From positions 2,728,001 to 2,792,000 of the forward strand of contig OZ218950.1 in NCBI GenBank assembly GCA_965112735.1: a stretch of DNA of 64,000 nt. The letters run 5' to 3'. The notes under the pieces are model-generated. The model was not told the origin of the DNA. It did not search any database and saw only the letters and a list, made by a program, of their open reading frames with translations. The stretch comes from Phaeosaccion multiseriatum (taxonomy: Eukaryota; Protista; Ochrophyta, other classes). The position numbers and the translations under genes are program-made. Shown here piece by piece: positions 1 to 11,135 of this stretch (position 1 is the first letter of the stretch; every line of letters begins with the position of its first letter).

Positions 1-54
1 TACCCTCGGGGAACAATTCAGGCTCAACTCAAAAAGGGGAATGGGTCTTGGTAT

Positions 55-220
55 TGGGTACCCAATGCCAAACAAGAGCAGTGTAGATCAGTGTTCCCCC
101 CCCCCAAAAAGAGACATGACCGACCCACACACCGAACCCAATGCCGATGCCCAATACCGATACCCAATGTCCAATAAAGGTACCTAATATCCAGTACCCA
201 ATACCGATGCCCAATACTAG
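55..220. repeat. Degenerate short-period intronic repeat (ACCCAATRCCGAT-like)
   Basis: Recurring tacccaatgcc / cccaataccgat units. Confidence 0.6.
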
Positions 221-267
221 GCACTGCACTCTCTCCCAGGCACAGTAAAAACAAACTGCAAACTGAC

Positions 268-1159
268 CTGCACGTTGGAGCTTTCCGGGTCGAGCTGCAT
301 GATGACGGGCAGCAAAAAGGCGAGCGTCTTCCCCGAGCCCGTATGCGCATGAATGATAACATCCTTCGCCTCACCCCCCTCCTTCAGCACCCCCAGGGTG
401 GCATTCAAGGCCCCTGCCTGGACGAAAGTTGGATCCTGGACACCCATTGCCTCCATGTTCTCCAGCACCACGTCCTTATCCACTCCAAGGTCTTTGAAGG
501 AAGCTCCCTTGTACGGTTCGGCAGGTTCAATGTCGTCGATACTCAGCGTCTCCACATACGTCACGGTGAATTTGTCATCATCCCTCTCCTCCCCTACTCG
601 CATGTCTCGCTGCTGCGGCTGCGACGCGCCCCCCTTGGTCTTGCTCTTCCTGCCGCCCTGATCCGTCTCCACCCTCCCCTCTCCATCCTTCTGCGCCTTC
701 TCCGCACGGGCAAGGGCATCGCGCATCTTCCTCTCCCTCACCACCTCTCCACTCGCTCCTCTCCCCAACGCTTCATCCGCCTCAACCCCTTCGTCCTCCC
801 ACTCTTCCTCCTCACCCCCACCGGCCCCCGGCCTCCGTAGCCGGAAGCCCCCTTGCTCTGCCTCCTTCACCACCGCCGCCATCTCCCTACTTTTCATCCT
901 TCTCATCTGCTCCTCCTCCGTCAATTCCTGTCCGTCCTCCCCCCTCTCGATAATGTCCAAACCCCTCTCCTCAGCCTCGTCCTCCTCGGTGCCGGTGCCC
1001 CACTTGATGCGTTGCTCTCTCTCCAACGCCCTCTGAAGAGCCTCCACGTCATACAAGTCTTCTCCCTCTCTTAGCACCTCCTCTCCCTCAGGCACTATCA
1101 TCAAGTCTTCTTCATCGTCGTCGTAATAGTCAACCTCCGTCCGCTTCTTCCTCTGAAAG

Positions 1160-1224
<65 letters not shown>

Positions 1225-3701
1225 AAAGAGGGTGGGGGTGGGCAAGTAAGCGCCTTCAACGCATTCACTTTCAGAACAAAAACCAAACAAAAAGGCACGC
1301 CTGCTGCTACTCGCTCACTCGCTCACTCAAGTCACTCCTTCCCTCCCTCTCTCTCTTTCTCCCTCCCTCCCTCCCTCCCTCCCTCCCTCACCTTCTCTCC
1401 GAACTTCTGCCTGCCTCTGGCCTCAAGCTCCTCCAAACTGTCCCCAAGAACGTCGGGGTCGACAAAGTCCGGCAGGGGCCGACTGAGCATGGTGTGCTCC
1501 CTCCTTGCACGAGAGGCCCCACCCGACTTCTTGGCCGGCGCGGGCAGCCCTTCCGTGTTCCACCCACTCCCCAATGAGGCGGCAGTCACCAGCTCCTCCT
1601 CCATCCCTTCCTCCTCCTCGTCGTCCTCCTCGTAATCCTGTGCATCAAAGTAGCTATCCTCCTCCTCCTCCTCCTCCTCCTCCTCATCGTCGTCGTCATA
1701 GTAGTCGGTCTCGTCGATCTTGATCTCGTCGACAAAGACCTGGTCAAGGGCCTCCTTCTCGTCCTCTTCTTCTTCTTGTTCCTCGGTCGCTTGTTCCTTG
1801 AGAGCGTTCCCCTTCAAAGTATCGCTTCCGCGGGCCACCACACCCGTACCAAGGTTCCAGTCCCCACTTCCAAAGTCGATATCAACAGAGTCAAACTCGA
1901 TGTTACCTTCGTCGTAGTCGACTTCTCCATCCTCCGTCATCATCAGCGGGGCAATCACCGCTCCCTCCTCCCCCTCCTCGCCCTCCTCATCCTCCTCCTC
2001 GCCGAGCCCCTCGCCGAGCTGAGGCTGATGCTGAGGGCCCAGCCGCATGCTCGCCTCTTGCATACCTTCCTCCTCCTCCTCCTCCTCCTCTGCCTGTGCG
2101 GCCGAAGACCAAGAAGAAGAAGGAACAGCCGCACCACCCCAGCTACCGCCCCCCTCTTCTCCTCTTCCCTGCGTGCCTTTACTCTCCTCCTTCTTGTGCT
2201 TGTTCTGCTTCTTCTTCCTCTTCTTGTCTACCTTTCGTGTAGTACCCCGTAGACTTGCCCATGCCCCCCCCCCCCCTCCTCCTCCTCCTCCTCCTCCTCC
2301 TCCCCATCCTCCCTCTTCGCCTCCTCCGTCCGGAGCTCTCTCCACCCCCAAGACCACCACACCGCTGTCCACTCTCTGCCACCTCTTGCCGAGGTTCTGT
2401 GGGGCGGCATTCTTTTCTTCCTCCGCCTTCTTCTCCTTGTACGCCCTCGGCACCTTCCAGGCTGGCAGCCTCGCACTCCCCTCCTGCTCCGGCTCGGGGG
2501 CTCTGAAATCATCGCTCAGCCAGGCCTTGGATCCACCCGTCTTCTCGCGCCACTCTCCCTCAAAGTTCGACCCCCCTCCTCCTCCCCTGCCCCCCGGGAA
2601 AGCCCTGGTATCCCCACCCCTGCCTCCCCTCCCTCTACCCACAAATCCTCTGTCCTCTGCCTGTGTATTTCCTCCGTACTTGCCCTGAAAGTCGCTCCCT
2701 CCTCGCCCTCCTTGCCCTCCTCGCCCCCCTCCTCGCCCCCCTCCACGTCCCCCATCTCTGCCCCCCCGCCCCCCTCGCCCCCTCCCTCCCCCTCTCCCTC
2801 GACTGCCATATCCTTGACTGCCCGAGTCATCATCATATCCCCGGCTGCCCGGTCGTGGCGATGACATGATTTCGAAGCCTGAATCACCACCTTCGTTGCT
2901 AAAGCCACTATTGTCTTGCTGCCCTCGCACCTCAAAACCGGAGCCAACAACCTCGAAGCCTGAGTCAACAACATCAAAGCCACTGTCTTGCTGTTCCTGC
3001 CTCCCTGCTCGACGAGAAGGAGGCGGACTCCGCACCTCAAACCCACTGGAAATGCTGCTGTCGTTGCTGTCCCCTGCATCCCCTCCTCCCGTCTTCTCCC
3101 TCGAGCTCCAAAAGTCTTCCTCCATTTCGCGATAGGCATCAAAGTTATTTTGCCTCCTCCCCCCCCCTCCTCCTCCTCCTCCTCGCCCTCGACCACCTCT
3201 ATCAAATCTCTGGCCTCCTCGGCCTCCTCGTCCTCGTCCTCCTCCTCCGTCTTCTCCTCTCCAGCCTCCTCCACCTCTGCCCCCACCCCTTCCACCCTCA
3301 CCATCCCCACCTCCTCTTCCTCTTCCACCTCCTCTTCCTCCATCACCACCATCACCCGGAGGCCCGGAGCCTCGCTCAAAGTACTCTTCCCAGTTTCCAG
3401 CCATCCTCCGGGTCACCGCTACCCGATCACGCCCCTCCTTCGAAACTTTCAGCACGCCCCTCGAGGCACCCTTCAGCCCATGCCGCGCAGTCCCCACCCC
3501 AAGGCTGTTGCCTCCTCCACCAACAGCCACACCGCCGCCAGCCCAAGCCTCAGCCCCTCCTAAGCACAGGGCCGTCAGGGCAGCAGCAGCGGCAGCTCTC
3601 CACACAACCACCTGCTGCTGCTGCTGCTGCTGCTCCTGCCTCTGCTGACGTTTCCGCCGCCGCCGTAGCTGCTGCTGCTGCTGCTGCTGAGCTGACTCCA
3701 T
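268..3701 (-). CDS. DEAD-box RNA helicase, probably plastid-targeted, with long RGG/acidic N-terminal extension; 3' part continues beyond the left edge
   Basis: Exons 3701-1392 and 1152-268 (GT-AG, in frame). Q motif FKDLGV..MGVQDPTFVQ and motif I AHTGSGKTLAF. Hydrophobic segment ends LCLGGAEA|W. Many RGG repeats. Confidence 0.85.
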
Positions 3702-3927
3702 GGTCTGTGTGGTTGGTGGCCCGGAAAGCGTATTTGCCAAGTCGGAGGACCAACGCGTGAGCTAATAAGCTGAAACTGTCTTTACTTTTGTACTTTTGTT
3801 TGACCTAGAAAAACCGCGCTAATCGTACCGCGCGCGCTAACCGCGCTCTTTGTCTTCTCCTTCACTCCCTCCCTTCTTCTCATCTCTTTCATCTCCATTC
3901 CATATTTCACACTACCGGGTTCGCACC

Positions 3928-4980
3928 ATGAGGAACGGGAAGATGGATTTGTCGTTGTCGCTCCTGTGTGTTCTTGTTGCCATGGCGGATGGTGCGGCGG
4001 GTGTTGCCCAGCGAGGTGGTGAGGTAATGAGCCATAGACAACCCGAGTCGAGCTTGCCGGTGTCGCGGCAGCAAGTGCAGCAGGAGGTGGCCCGCCAAGA
4101 AGCGTATCTGCAGCTGCTCAAGCAGCTGGATAATACCATCCAGCAAGTCGATCTTTTCTCGGAGAGGGAGCAGCAACATCAACGAGAGACCAAACAACAA
4201 CAGGATCAGGACGTCGGTGAAGTCCAAGCTGCGGACGACACCACCTCGGAGAGCGAGAGGAGGAGTGACACAGAAGACGCGGACGACGATTCGTGGTACT
4301 ACGCGGTATGGGACCAGCCATCGAGCAACTACAAATCGCCAGCTGCAAGCTCCACTGCTGCTGCAATTCCCCACCACCCAGACGAGAGAGTGCCTCTAAA
4401 GCACGAGAGCGAGGATGCCACCGCCGGTGCTGCTCTGGCTGAGAAAGGCTCGGGACTGATTGAATCCGGCTCCTGGTGGATGAAGCACTACTACCGCTAC
4501 AGCAGGTACTTTTGGCCCGAAGCAGACTACTCCTCTCACCCTGCCGAGGAGAGCAAAAAGACTGTGGCTACTGCAGCTGCTGCTGCTCAGTTTTCTAGGA
4601 GCTACTACAGCATCACCTTGTTCGACGACGACGAGTCCTCCTACACGGATGACCCAGAAGGACTCTACGCAGCACAAGATGCCGCGAGGGAGGGCGAGGA
4701 GGCCGTACAGGAGGCCGTGAAGAGTGCCGCTGCTGGTGGTACTGCCTCTATTGCTGTTTACGACATCGCAGGCTGGAGCTCGTATACGGACGACCCCAAG
4801 GAAGAGGAGGAGGAGGACACCGAGACAGCACCCTTGGTAGGCATGGTGGGAACGAGCGTGAGCAGTATGCTTAGCAGCGGCACTCCCAAGGGCGAGACGA
4901 CGGAGGGGGGCGCTGCGGCTGCCCCATCCATCAAGTTCTCCAGGCGTCGACATCTGAGGGGTTCCTTCCGACCCGTGTAA
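3928..4980 (+). CDS. Single-exon hypothetical secreted protein (acidic, Tyr-rich)
   Basis: 350-aa ORF from ATG 3928. Signal-like LSLSLLCVLVAMADG, two SSYTDDP motifs, C-terminal RRRHLRG. Confidence 0.7.
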   Translation: MRNGKMDLSLSLLCVLVAMADGAAGVAQRGGEVMSHRQPESSLPVSRQQVQQEVARQEAYLQLLKQLDNTIQQVDLFSEREQQHQRETKQQQDQDVGEVQAADDTTSESERRSDTEDADDDSWYYAVWDQPSSNYKSPAASSTAAAIPHHPDERVPLKHESEDATAGAALAEKGSGLIESGSWWMKHYYRYSRYFWPEADYSSHPAEESKKTVATAAAAAQFSRSYYSITLFDDDESSYTDDPEGLYAAQDAAREGEEAVQEAVKSAAAGGTASIAVYDIAGWSSYTDDPKEEEEEDTETAPLVGMVGTSVSSMLSSGTPKGETTEGGAAAAPSIKFSRRRHLRGSFRPV

Positions 4981-5152
4981 TGATGTAGCTGACCTTAGCT
5001 GTACTGCGCAGGTCTGCCAACACAGCTTCGCTGCTGGGGTGGGGAGAGTGAAGAGTGTATATACGAAACTATTCTCACATGGATTTACCTTCGGACTTGT
5101 CTCGTGGGGGGTCGAGTAGAGGAGGTGGGGAGGTGCAAGGGGGGAGGGAGGA

Positions 5153-5153
<1 letters not shown>

Positions 5154-5230
<77 letters not shown>
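5154..5230. repeat. (CA)n microsatellite
   Basis: Pure CA run. Confidence 0.95.
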
Positions 5231-5232
<2 letters not shown>

Positions 5233-5809
5233 CGGCTGCTTGCATGCTTTTGGAAACAAGCGTAGAAGGAAGAGTTGCAGAGTCAGCATTGTCGCTGTCG
5301 AAACTCGTTAATACATACACATAGGATTGTATATATATGCGAGGCGCCCCCAGGGGCCGAGGGAAGGTGCGGCAAGTGTCAATGAAATAGTCTGTATTGT
5401 ATTGCATAGTAAAGCAAAGTACTACAAGTAGGAAGTGTGTGGTGGTTGGTTGGTTGGTTGGTTGGTTGGGCGCAGTGAGGCGACCCTGCTCAACCAATCA
5501 ATCCATTATTCTAATTAGAGAAAGCAATTGAGAGAGAGAGAGAGAGAGCGAGAGATAGAGTCGAGCGAGGCCATCACAAATCGACTGAAGGACCCCCTGT
5601 CTACGCTTTCTACTGCATCGCTCTCTCTCGCTCTCTCTCTCTCTCTGTGGCCGTCAGCAGTAGTACCACCAACCAGATTCTGGCGTGCTTTCGACAACAC
5701 ACTACTTACCGCCTCTGCCCCTGGCCGCTGTCACGCCAAGAGGAAGGAGGAGAAGGGGAGCTGGAGCTCTCGTTCGTTCGTTCGTTGGTTCGTCCGTTTG
5801 TTCGTTGGT

Positions 5810-8655
5810 TCACAGCTCCAAGTGCAGCATGCTCATAGACAGCTCCGATGGCAGCTGAAGCACCTTCATGCCCTCCGCCTCCGCCTCTCGGTCCAAGGCC
5901 TCCACCCTCCTCTCCAGGCCCTTTGCCTCCTCTCCCCGCTTATCCCACTCCTGCAGCAGCTCTGCATACCCTTGCAAGGCCTCCCTGAGCATGTAGTAAT
6001 GCGATGGAGATGCCAAGCCTGCCAGTACACCCTCTCTGCTGCCGCTGCTACTACTACTACTACTACTGCTGCTGCTGCTTGCTTTTCCTTGTAGCTTGTC
6101 CAGCGCCGAGCGGTACAGCCCCTCAGATGTGACCGGCTGCGCAGTAAGGTGGTAGCTGCGAGCCAGCAGCGCCAGAGAGTGACCAACCAGAGCGTCGCCA
6201 ACAAAGACGGGGTTTACAGGGGAAGGGGGAGAGGAGAACTTCTCTTGCATCTTCAGAGCCTTCGTCAAGTCGTCCACACAGGACTGCATCGCTTCTTTTG
6301 CGTCGTTACCGCCTCCTTTCTCTCCTCCTCCTCCTCCTCCTCCCCCACCCTCCGCCGCCACCGCCGCCGCCGCCGCTGCAGCTTCTGCCGCTTTGGCAAC
6401 ACTGCCGATCTTCCTGAGCTTCGCCTCCGCCGCGCTGCTGAGGATGGCAGCGTACGCCAGCTGCTCCTCCCTCCTTGCCACAACCTTGTCACTAAGTCCA
6501 TCACCCCCATCTCCCCCCCCCTCCCCCTCCCCCTCCTCTTGTGCGTCCTCCTCCTCCACTGCCCCCTTGGCGAGGGCCTTGGCCTCCTTCCAGTACTCAA
6601 GCGCCTCTCTCTCCCCCTCCGCCCCTCCCCCTCCCCCTCCCTCCCACAAGTGCCACACAGCAAGCGAAGAGAGACCCAAGGCCTTGACGTGTTGTCGTGG
6701 CGTTTGTTGTCATCACACAGGACCGGAGGGGGGTGGGGCGGGAGGGTGGCACAACAAGTCAGGGGTAATACAAGGCCAGTCACGCCAATATCGCCAGTAA
6801 CCGTCCGATGAGCCCCGCGTCGATCGAAGAAGCAACGGACAACGGAGAAAGGACAGGCCAGCAGGGAGGGGGAGGAGCGCGAGTAAAAACTCAGCAAGTA
6901 ACGCTTCCTTCCTTCCCCTCTTGCCTTCCCACGAAGCATGGCACAGCACCAAGAGAGCCCCGCTTCGCAGCCCCCCCACCCGACCCGGTCCATAGCCCTA
7001 CCATAGCCTCGGAAATTTCTTCTCTCTCTCTGTCTCCCTCTCTCTCTTATCTCTCTCTCTCTCCCTCGTCTCTCTCCCCTCACCTGGTCTTTCGCATTGC
7101 CCCCTAGCCGGGCAGCCCGTAGGAGGCACGTTTCGGCCTCCTCCGCTTCTCCTGCCAGAAGGTGCGCCACACCAGTGTAGCGAAGAGCCACAGCAAGCAG
7201 CGCCGTGTCCGGTGTGACGTCATCCAGAGACTCACATGCAGTCACCTGCTAGGGGAGGGGAGGGGATGGGAGGGGAGAGAGCGAGAGAGAGAGACCGAGA
7301 GCCAGAGACCGAGAGACAGAGAATGAGAATAAGAGAGAAAGAGAGAGGGAGCACACACACACAGAGAGAGATAGAGAGAGGGAGCACAGAGAGAGAGGGG
7401 GGGTGCGGGGGTGGGATGGAGCAACGCGGTTGGTGCTCGGACGGACGCAGGCGAGGGAGAGGGAGACGGACGACTTCCAAGCCGGGGGGGGGGGGAGGGG
7501 GGGGGGCACTAGGCGGCCCAATCCATTGACTGCGGCTGCTTGGTACCTCACCCTCACCCTCACGCCCACCCCCACCACCACCACCCTCCTCGCTATGGTC
7601 CAACGCACCGCCTCACTGCTTGTCTGCAGGCCTTGCTCGACTTCACCCAGGAAGAGGTGCGTTCGGCATAGGAGGAGCTGTACGGGGAGGGTTTCTCCGG
7701 GGGGGCGGGCTGCTCTGCGCACAGAGGCGAGGAGGGCGGTGAGCGTCGCCTTGGCGGCCTTGAGCTGCAGAGAGGAGTATTGAGCCTGTGCTAGTCTGGG
7801 GGAGGGGGATGGGGGGTGAGGGCAGGGGGGTGCGGGGGGGGGTAGGAGGTGATTGTCAGATGGACGACAGGTGCTGTGAATGGAGAAGGAAGAGAGGGCG
7901 GGTATGTAGAGGGGGGGGGGGTGGGGATGGGAATGCGAAATGCAATGGTGCGCAACAGAGAAGGGAGGGGTGTAGATGCAAAGGCCACCCACCCACTACG
8001 ACAAGGCGGAATGGATCGGAGCTCGGGGCTCCGATTGCTTAACGTAAGAGGGTTATAAATACACACACAAATATATGCATATATATACATATATACCACG
8101 CACACACGCGCGCGCATTAACTCACTTTCTCACGGCCGCCTGAGTCATGACGCTGTCCTCTCCCATGCTTGTCTTGCAGATGTCAACGGCCCTCTCCAGC
8201 AGAGGCACACCTCGTGCGTGCTGGCCCTCTCGTCCGAGCTCATCCGCACTCTGCACCTCTTGCAGGGACAGCAGCTGCAGCTCTGCATCAGCCCACGAGA
8301 CTTCGCTGGTGCTGCTACTGCTGTGGCTCTCTCTCCTGCAACTGCTAACGCTGCCAAAGCTCCGTGGCCGCCTCTTGCTTCCTTTGCTGCCGCTGCTTTC
8401 AAGCCCTGTGCCGATGGTGGGTGCGTATGCGCCCCCGCAGCTGCCGTTGTGAGGGCACCATGGTGAGGTAACACTACCTCGAGTCCGAGCAGTGCATCGC
8501 TGGGCAGAAAAGAAAAGTAGAGGAGAGGGAGGGGGGGTGGCATGTTAGCAAAGACTTTCTTCTTCTTCTTCTTCTTCTTTCTGCTGCTGCTGTTGCTGCT
8601 GCTGCTACTGATCCTGTCCTCTTACCAATACGATCGTCGTGAGAGCTCGCCTCAT
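5810..8655 (-). CDS. TPR-like helical repeat protein, possible mitochondrial presequence
   Basis: Exons ~8655-8626, 8499-8126, 7795-7609, 7245-7084 and 6682-5810 splice in frame. TPR-like helices (PLLERAVDICKTSMG, GEAEEAETCLLRA, SEGLYRSALDKL, LQGYAELLQEWDKR). Arg/Thr-rich N-terminus MRRALTTIVLRCTAR. Confidence 0.7.
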
Positions 8656-8807
8656 GGTGGAGGGGTTGGTTGGAAAGATTTTTGGAGAACAAGAAGAAGC
8701 ATTGGAAGGAGGCAGATGAGGCAGTTTAAGTTTTAGGTTGGTGTTTTTGCTCCATCTTTTTTCCATCTCTTCGCTCTCTTGCAGCCAGAAGGGGAAGGAG
8801 GCGCGGC

Positions 8808-10666
8808 ATGCTTCACCCCGTGCATGTGCGGGTGACTCCTCTGGATGAGCAGCAGCCAAAACCTGAGAGACGGGCCGAGGAGGGAGGGAGAAGGAGGCGA
8901 AGGCCGTCCGGCATTGGCGGGGTGGCCCAGAGACTGCTATGGGTGCTCGTGCTTCTGCTCGCCATGGGCGTTCCCGATTTCGTGCTCGCGGTGGTATCCT
9001 CGGCAGCTCCGGTTGATTTGTATAAAGGTATACAGAGTGGGAAGGGGGGGGGTGATGAGCTAAGCTTCGCTGCTCCGATGCGCTCGGGGGGGTGGCAACA
9101 CTCGCACTCTTGATGTGTGCACTCACCTTCAGCGGACCCTCCTCCCTGTGTACCAATACCTCTTCGTACTTCTGCTGCCTCACGACCTCTCTTTCCCTCT
9201 CTCTCTCTCTCTCTCTCTCTCCGTTGCTCCGCTGCGCAAAGTGCTGGACCTGTCGCCAAATGCCACTCCCGAGCAAATCAAGAAGGCACATCGCACTGCA
9301 GTCTTGAAGTGGCACCCAGACAAGAACGCTGGGCCAGACAGGAAGAAGGCCGAGGAGAAGTTCAAAGAGGCACAGCAGGTGGGTTGTGGTTATGTTGGAC
9401 TGGAGTGTACTCTATCTTCCGTGAGAGAGGAGGACACTGGACTAATCGTACACTTCGCGCCTTTTGTCTCTCTTGGCCCCTCTCTCTTCTCTCGCTTAAC
9501 CACGACTACCGATGGCTCCATGGCTCTGTCTGTGGCTCATCCTCCTCCACTATGTACCATCAATGGCTTGTACTTACACTTGGCATCATCGGCTTATGGC
9601 TGGTCTGGTGCATAGGCCTACGAGACCCTCAGCGACCGGCGCGCCAGGGCAGACTATGACCTCTCGCGGAGGAGGGGGCGGATGTGGGATCCGACGGGGG
9701 GATCCCAGGGGGGGAATCCGTCGTCCGCAGGAGGGGGGCGGAGCGGGGAGGGCTGCTTCACAAGGCACACCAATGTCCTTCGAAGAGGCGTTTCAGAAGG
9801 CTTTCTTCAAGGAGGACTTCACCTGGCTGTTTCCAGAGCAGAGGAAGGGCGGAGGAGGCAAAACCACGACGGGCAGACGCTTTTGCAACCCCTTCACAGG
9901 CCAGACACACTATAGCAGAACGGCCGAGGGAGGTGGAGGAGGTGGAGTTAGCGGCGCCGGGCAAGCCAGTGAGCGACCCATGCCTTACCCCTTCAACAAG
10001 GAAAGGGCACATCTCGACGCAGTGACCTTCAACCTAAAGTGCACCTTGGAGGAGCTTTGTTCGGGCACCGTGAAGCAAATGAAGGTCAAGAACTCACCCT
10101 GGCAGCGCTGCGTGCAAGCGGCCAAGAACGGGCTGCTCTCAGACCTGCTTGCCGAGGCCGCTGTCCTGCTGACCTACGGCGTGTTTGTCGCTCGCTCGTC
10201 CGGCCTCAACGTCATCATGATACTCAAACGCCTCGGTACCGTGGGTGGCCTCTGGGGCGGTGGGCTTTTGTTCCTCGCGGCGGTGCTCTTTCAAGCTCAC
10301 CAGACCCTCCCCACCCTCCCCGAGGGGGTGTTCAATGTCAAGGTGACCCCGGGGTGGAAGGCCGGCACCAAGATTACGTACCGAAAGACGTCAGGGGCGG
10401 ATGTGGTGTTTGTGGTTTCCGAGCTGGAGCATGCCGTCTTTGAGCGAGAGGGGGACGACTTACATGTAACGGTTCGGGTCAAGAGGGCCAAAGCGAAGCG
10501 AGGGGGTGACGTTATGGTGCCAACGGTGGATCAGGGGCGACGGAAGGTGCAACTGCGGAAGGGGCAGGTGCGCGACGGTTACACCATGGCCATTGAGGGC
10601 TTGGGGATGCCCATCAAGGGGGGCCCAAAAAGAGGCAAACTACAGGTGCGCTTTGTCGTTCGATGA
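8808..10666 (+). CDS. DnaJ/Hsp40 protein (signal/anchor, J domain, C-terminal peptide-binding domain); one apparent frameshift near 9670-9740
   Basis: Exons 8808-9027, 9242-9378, 9616-10666. DLYKVL..KWHPDKN..AEEKFKEAQQAYETLSD; LKCTLEELCSG; PGWKAGTKITY..FEREGDDL..GLGMP..RGKLQVRF. Confidence 0.85.
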
Positions 10667-11135
10667 CAGCACCAGGACCACGACAGACGCACTACACTAC
10701 ATGCAGGGGAGGGCACATGACAAAAGGACAAGGACTGGAGAGGTGTCGGGGAGGGGAAGGGAAGGGAAGGGAAGGGAAGGGTAGGAGTTGGGTTCAAACC
10801 TTACTTTTAGAAATATACTTGCGTATCCCCCTTCCCCCCCCACATCACAGTTTTTTCAAATCATCTACTGTACTTGGTTCCTGCTGTCATATGTCATATG
10901 TGCAAATGTTAATAAATAGCACACAAGGCGAACATCGCATGGTACCTAATGTATGTGTAAGGACGTGTCCTATCCTTACGTAATGACATGTTCTGTCCTT
11001 ACGTACGGACATGTCCTGTCCTGTCCTATGCACCCAAGGGACTCTTGTGTCTCTTGTCTTCTCCCCCACGCACCCGACGTCCTCCCCACGCTGGCACGCC
11101 CTCTCCTGTCACTTCGGTTCCCATGTGTCCCGGTT

